53,542 nucleotides of DNA from Chiloscyllium plagiosum. Lineage: Eukaryota. The DNA is taken from positions 10,325,989-10,379,530 of the forward strand of contig NC_057755.1 of NCBI RefSeq assembly GCF_004010195.1, written 5' to 3'. Below are positions 48,905-53,542 of the stretch, in pieces. Within the stretch, counting starts at the first letter, position 1; each line of letters starts with the position of its first letter. The notes under the pieces are model-generated. The model was not told the origin of the DNA. It did no database searches and saw only the letters and a program-made list of their open reading frames with translations. Made by a program: the position numbers and the translations under genes.

Positions 48905-49420
48905 TTTGGAATGTGGGAGTCTTTAAAAAATAATGCAGTGAGAGCGTTCAGGATTAGCACGTTCTTCTAGGAGCGAAGGGCAAGTGTGACAGGTCCAATG
49001 AATCCTGCGTGTCAATGGAATTTGATAAAGAAAATTTGATGAAGAATAAGAGCAAAGGCCCTTTAGTAGTAACATGAGTTCACAGAGTAACTTGGAAAAA
49101 ATCTGGAGGGCAAGGCAGGGCCTCAAAATATCTTTGGCTGCTAGGATTTTTAAAAACGTCAAGGCATTTTATAAGTCTATTAAGAGCAAGAAGATTATCA
49201 GGGAAAGAGTGGGGCATCTAAGGGGATCAAAAGGATAATCAGTGCGGGGAGCCTAAGGACATTGTGCATGGGGGGGGGGGGGGAGGGTGATCTGGGGATA
49301 ATTGAATATTGCGCATTTGCAATCACAGAAGAGCAAAAATTTTGATGAGTATTCCAGTTCGGATGGTGATCTTCAAAAGTGTTAAATTAAATAAACAAGA
49401 GATACTAGATGTTTCAATGA
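48905..49420 (+). mobile_element. Degenerate CR1 ORF2 internal fragment
   Basis: aaaaacgtcaaggcattttataagtctattaagagcaagaag (N.KAFYK.IKSK motif), as in the CR1 at 33138-33332. Confidence 0.65.
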
Positions 49421-50189
49421 GCCCAGGAACACAGTTATATCACGTTATAGTTGTTTACTTCAAACTTTATGTTTATATTGAATAGATGGCGAAACATTGT
49501 GATATTCCATTGCTATTGATGGCTCTACTTTGAATGTTAATGTGATCCTATAGATAGCTTTAGTGTGGTTCTCTACACACGCTTCTACATCTGTTTCCAC
49601 ATAAGATTTCAAGAGACTTTTTGTGTGTTATCTCTATCAAGTCACCTTGGGTTTTCTCCTTTCGTGAGGGTACCTAATTACTCGAATTTATAGCTTGAAT
49701 TGAAACACCAGGCTGCGAAGTTACTGTTTCAGCTAAAAAGTCTTCCCCAGCCATTTTATATCAACTGAAGACCACTTTCTATCGTGGACAGTTTAACAGG
49801 AATCTCGAGAGTCAAGAATTCATGGCGTGCTGTGCTAAAAAAAAAACAGGAACAATAAAGAATGGTTGAGAGGATAAATATTGTACTGAGCAACAGATTG
49901 CAATTATGCCCACCGACTTGTAAAGCAGCATGACATGAAATGGTTATCATGGCCAGTAGAGTGAAAGAATAACTAGAAAGTCAGCAAGACATTGCGACTT
50001 ACTCCTTGGAGAAACTGGTTTTAAAGCAATGACAAGACAGTTAAACGTATCTATGCCAATTAATTGACAAATGCTAAGAAAGAAAGAGGAAAATCTGGGT
50101 GCGGACAACTAAGAGGTAAGAATAAGATGACTTAGTAAGAAGTATCCTCTCAATGAAATCAGATAATGAAACAGCTGGAGAATTTTAAG

Positions 50190-50880
50190 TCCATGTCGTG
50201 GCAGATGGAATGATATATGAGCAGATGTGAGATTATGCACTTTGGTTGGAAAGAGAAAGGCGTGGAATGCTCTTTATATGTGGAAAGCCTTCAGAAATCT
50301 AAAGTTCAAAAGGTATGAGAAATCCTCTTTCAGAATGTTCTTACGGTTAACATTCAATTTCATGTGGCAGTTATGAAGCCAAATGTAATCTTAACATTTC
50401 ATTGGGCTACAATGCAGGAGCAGTGATGCTGAAACTGCATAACGTTCAGGTCCGATTGTGTATGGAATGTCGTGAGCCATTTTGGGCCCCAGATCTAATA
50501 TTGGAGAGGAATCAGAAGAGGTTCAGAAGAATGGTTCCAGGAATGAAGGGTTTGTCATGTGAGGAACAGTTGAGGTCTCTGGGCCCATACTTGGAGTTCA
50601 GAATTGTGAGGTGGGATCTGATTGAAACTTACAGAATACTGAGAGTCCTGGAGAGAGTCGACGTAGAGAATATGTTTCCACAAGTAGGAAGGACTATGAC
50701 TCAAGTGCACAGCCTTGGAGTGAAGGGATGACCATTTAGAAATGAGATGAGAAGGAATTTCTTCATCTAGAGTGTAGTGAATCTGTGTAACCCGTTGCTG
50801 CAGAAGGCTTTGGAAGCCAAATAATTGAATACACTTAAGACAGAGATAGATAGGTTCTTGATTAGCACGTGGATCAAGGA
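50190..50880 (+). mobile_element. CR1 LINE 3' fragment
   Basis: ILERNQKRFRRMVPGMKGLSCEEQLRSLGPY..DLIETYRIL. Confidence 0.9.
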
Positions 50881-50929
50881 TTTTACATTTAGATTTTATT
50901 GCCATGTGTACAATGATAAGTGTACAATG

Positions 50930-53270
50930 TCACCACAATGACACCACTTCCTTTATTGGCGTCAACCACGATAACATGACTACATCTATTCCAGAGACAG
51001 TGTTCATCCCAATTCGAACTGTACACCAGGTTTGTGCAACTAGCCTTGCCATGTTTTTACCAACCCCCCAGATCTCTCCGTCACTGAGAATGAAAGATCA
51101 GCCGTCAGTAAAAACTCTCACCTTCATTCCACTATGCTCCCAGATCAACGAATTCCACTTGCATCGTCACATCAATCTTTTTCTTCCACTACCTCCATGC
51201 TTAATTTGCCCATCAGGACGCCCACCCACCTTCGCATGACCCCTTTTTTTCCACCATCAACACATTCCATCCACTTTGTTACCCCATGTTGGTCTGCTAA
51301 TCACGCTTGATCCATTCATCTCCAACTGCCAGCGTGACATTGACGACCTCAACGTGTCCACCCCTCTCAATCACTCAACCTCCCACCCTCGCAAATGTAG
51401 TGGTCCACTCCAACGTCACCATTAAACCAGCAGACAAGACGGGAGCCGTGGTAGTTTGGCGCACCTACCTATAAACCGCTGAAGCCAGACACCAACTCAT
51501 GGACACCTCCTCTTACTGCACCCTCGAACACGACCTCATTCCCCCATCACCACATCGTCATCTCCCAGACCATCTATAACCTCATAACCTCAGGAGATCT
51601 CCCATTCACAGCCTCCAAAATCTGTTCAGGAACCTCGCACCATCAGTTATTACCCCTTACGCAAAATTCACAAAACTGTTTGTCCCAGTTGACTCATTGC
51701 CTCCACTTGCTTTACCAAACTAATTTCTTCCTAACTTGACACTGTCCTATCCCCCTTGGTCCAGAAATTCCCCACATCTGTTCTGGAAAGCACCCACGCC
51801 CTCCAGTTTCATTACTTTTGCTTCCCCAGTCCCCAGTGCATCATTTTCACCATGAATATATATTCCTTCTATACGTCCATCCGCGATGGCAATTGCCTCC
51901 AATCTCTCCGTTTCTACTTCTCCCGCCGACCCAACCAGTACCCTTCCACTGACACACTCATTTCAATGGCTGAACTGGTCCTCACCCTCAACAACTTTTC
52001 CTTCAAATCTTCCAACTTATTTCACACAAAAGAGGAAGATATGGGCACCCACATAGGCCCCAGCAATGCCCGTCTCTTTGTCGGATACGTGGAATAGTCC
52101 ATCTTCCGTATTTACACTGGCCCTATTCCCCACCTTTTCCTTTGTGACATTGATGCCTGCATCAGAGCCAACTTGTACTCGCATGAGGAAATTCAACAAC
52201 TTCACTAACACCTTCCACCCTGACCTTAGTTTACTGGGACCATTTCGGACCCCGCTCCTTCCTGGGCTCTATATCATCATTTCCAGCGACCAAATCAACA
52301 CGGACATCTATTTCAAAGCCATAGACTCCTAAAGCTATCTGCACTACACGCCTTCCCACCCTGCCTCCTGTAAAAAAGCGCTATCCCTTTATCCAATTCC
52401 TGTGCCTCCACTGCATCTTCTCCAAGGAGAGCCTATTCCACCAGGGAATATCCTCCTTCTTCAATTTCCCTTAACGTGTGGTGAACGATTCGCTCCAGTG
52501 CATCTCCTCCACTTTCTGCACCTCTGCCCTAGAACGCCACCTCTCCAATCGCAACCCAGACAGGACGCCTCACTCCTCAACTTCCAATACACAAAATTCC
52601 AGATGCAATCCCTCATCCACTGCCATTTCCACCATCTACAAACAGACCACATCATAAGGGATACATCTCCCTCCCTACTCCTCGCTGCTTTCCACAGAGA
52701 ACATTCCCTTCTGGACTCCCTTGTTAAGTCCAAACTCCGACACCAACACACTTTGCACTCCTGGCACCTTCCCTTGCCAGTGCAAGAAGTCCAAAGCCTG
52801 AGCCCACATCTCCTCCTCACCTTTGTCCAAGTCTCCAACGGATCCTCCCACATCCGACAGAGATTTACCCGTACTCCCACACACATCATTTACTGTGTCA
52901 GTTGCACTCAATGCCCTCTCCACTGAATTGGGGTGACAGGACACCAAGTTGCAGAACGTTTCAGAGACAATCTCTGGGACACACGCAATAAACAACCCTG
53001 TGGCCAAGCACTTCAAATCCCCCTCCCACTCTGCCAAGGACTCCACTACCAAATTCGAGCCACGCGATGCCTTGAGGAAGAACACTTTATTTTCCTCCTT
53101 CGGTCCCTCCAACCACACAGGATCAATGTTGATTTCATCAGTTTTCTCATTTCACTCCCCCCACCCACCTTATCCCAGATCCAACGTTCTAACTCAACAC
53201 AGCCCTCTTGAACTGTCCTACATGTCCATCTTCCTTCCCAAATATCCGCTCCACCCTCCTTTCCAAACTA
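50930..53270 (+). mobile_element. Long PLE remnant (RT and GIY-YIG), frameshifted
   Basis: IKPADKTGAVVVW near 51421, IFTMNIYSFYTSI, AELVLTLNNFSF, MGTHIGPSNARLFVGYVE, HIIYCVSCTQC, VAERFRDNL, LEEEHFIFLLRSLQPHRINVDF. Confidence 0.93.
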
Positions 53271-53542
53271 TAATCATCACACACGCGGCCGCTACATCGC
53301 CCGCGGCAGTAGCCGCCGCCAATGACGACCATGACGTCACTTCCGCCCCCTCCGACCTCGCAGCCTCCGCAATCGCCGCCCAAACAACCGCCTCCGCGAT
53401 CGCAGCCCAGGCAACCGCCTCCGCGATCGCCATGAAGACAATCGCCGGCAGATTCGCGACCTCCGCGGCTTTGGGGAATAACTCTGTCTCTGCGGTCGCC
53501 GCAGCCACTTCCGCCCCCAGTGACGTCACTAACCTACACGCC
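53271..53542 (+). repeat. CpG-rich low-complexity stretch, probably the internal 5' region of another, younger PLE running off the window
   Basis: Imperfect ~27-bp repeats (accgcctccgcgatcgc). tgacgtcac and cttccgccccc motifs resemble the starts of PLE bodies near 12320 and 50940. Confidence 0.45.

Larger units (their letters stand above)
43785..50915 (+). repeat. Segmental duplication copy B (paralog of ~2762-9515)
   Basis: Same order of PLE, SINE-with-CR1 and unique blocks as copy A, same orientation, ~41 kb offset. Confidence 0.9.

Noticed and set aside
43785..50915. Uncollapsed haplotype explaining the duplication
   Set aside because: The copies differ by many substitutions, indels and private TE insertions, far beyond allelic divergence.

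Overview
Vertebrate genomic DNA, very probably from a cartilaginous fish (shark). This is inferred from HE1/V-SINE-like and Deu-type SINEs, CR1 LINEs, dense Penelope-like elements (PLEs), and NLR and GPR139/142-like sequences of the shark type. There is one 500-N gap (26349-26848). I found no intact protein-coding gene. The non-repeat content is a decayed multigene cluster: two GPR139/142-like class A GPCR pseudogenes (minus strand), a NACHT-LRR (NLR) pseudogene between them (minus strand), and plus-strand exons for a duplicated death-fold-like module of the kind found at the N-terminus of shark NLRs, with no NACHT exon after it in this window. About 2.8-9.5 kb and 43.8-50.9 kb are old paralogous copies of one segment. 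The rest is nested retroelements (CR1, L1/Tx1, Gypsy, at least two PLE families) plus a Tigger-like MITE. The three most interesting signals are: (1) minimal hammerhead-ribozyme cores in PLE terminal repeats, including one TSD-flanked insertion whose 5' end lies at the predicted self-cleavage site; (2) physical interleaving of NLR and orphan GPCR genes; (3) a possible NACHT-less death-fold-only gene. Family names come from motif recognition, not database searches, and repeat boundaries are approximate unless fixed by a TSD or TIR.
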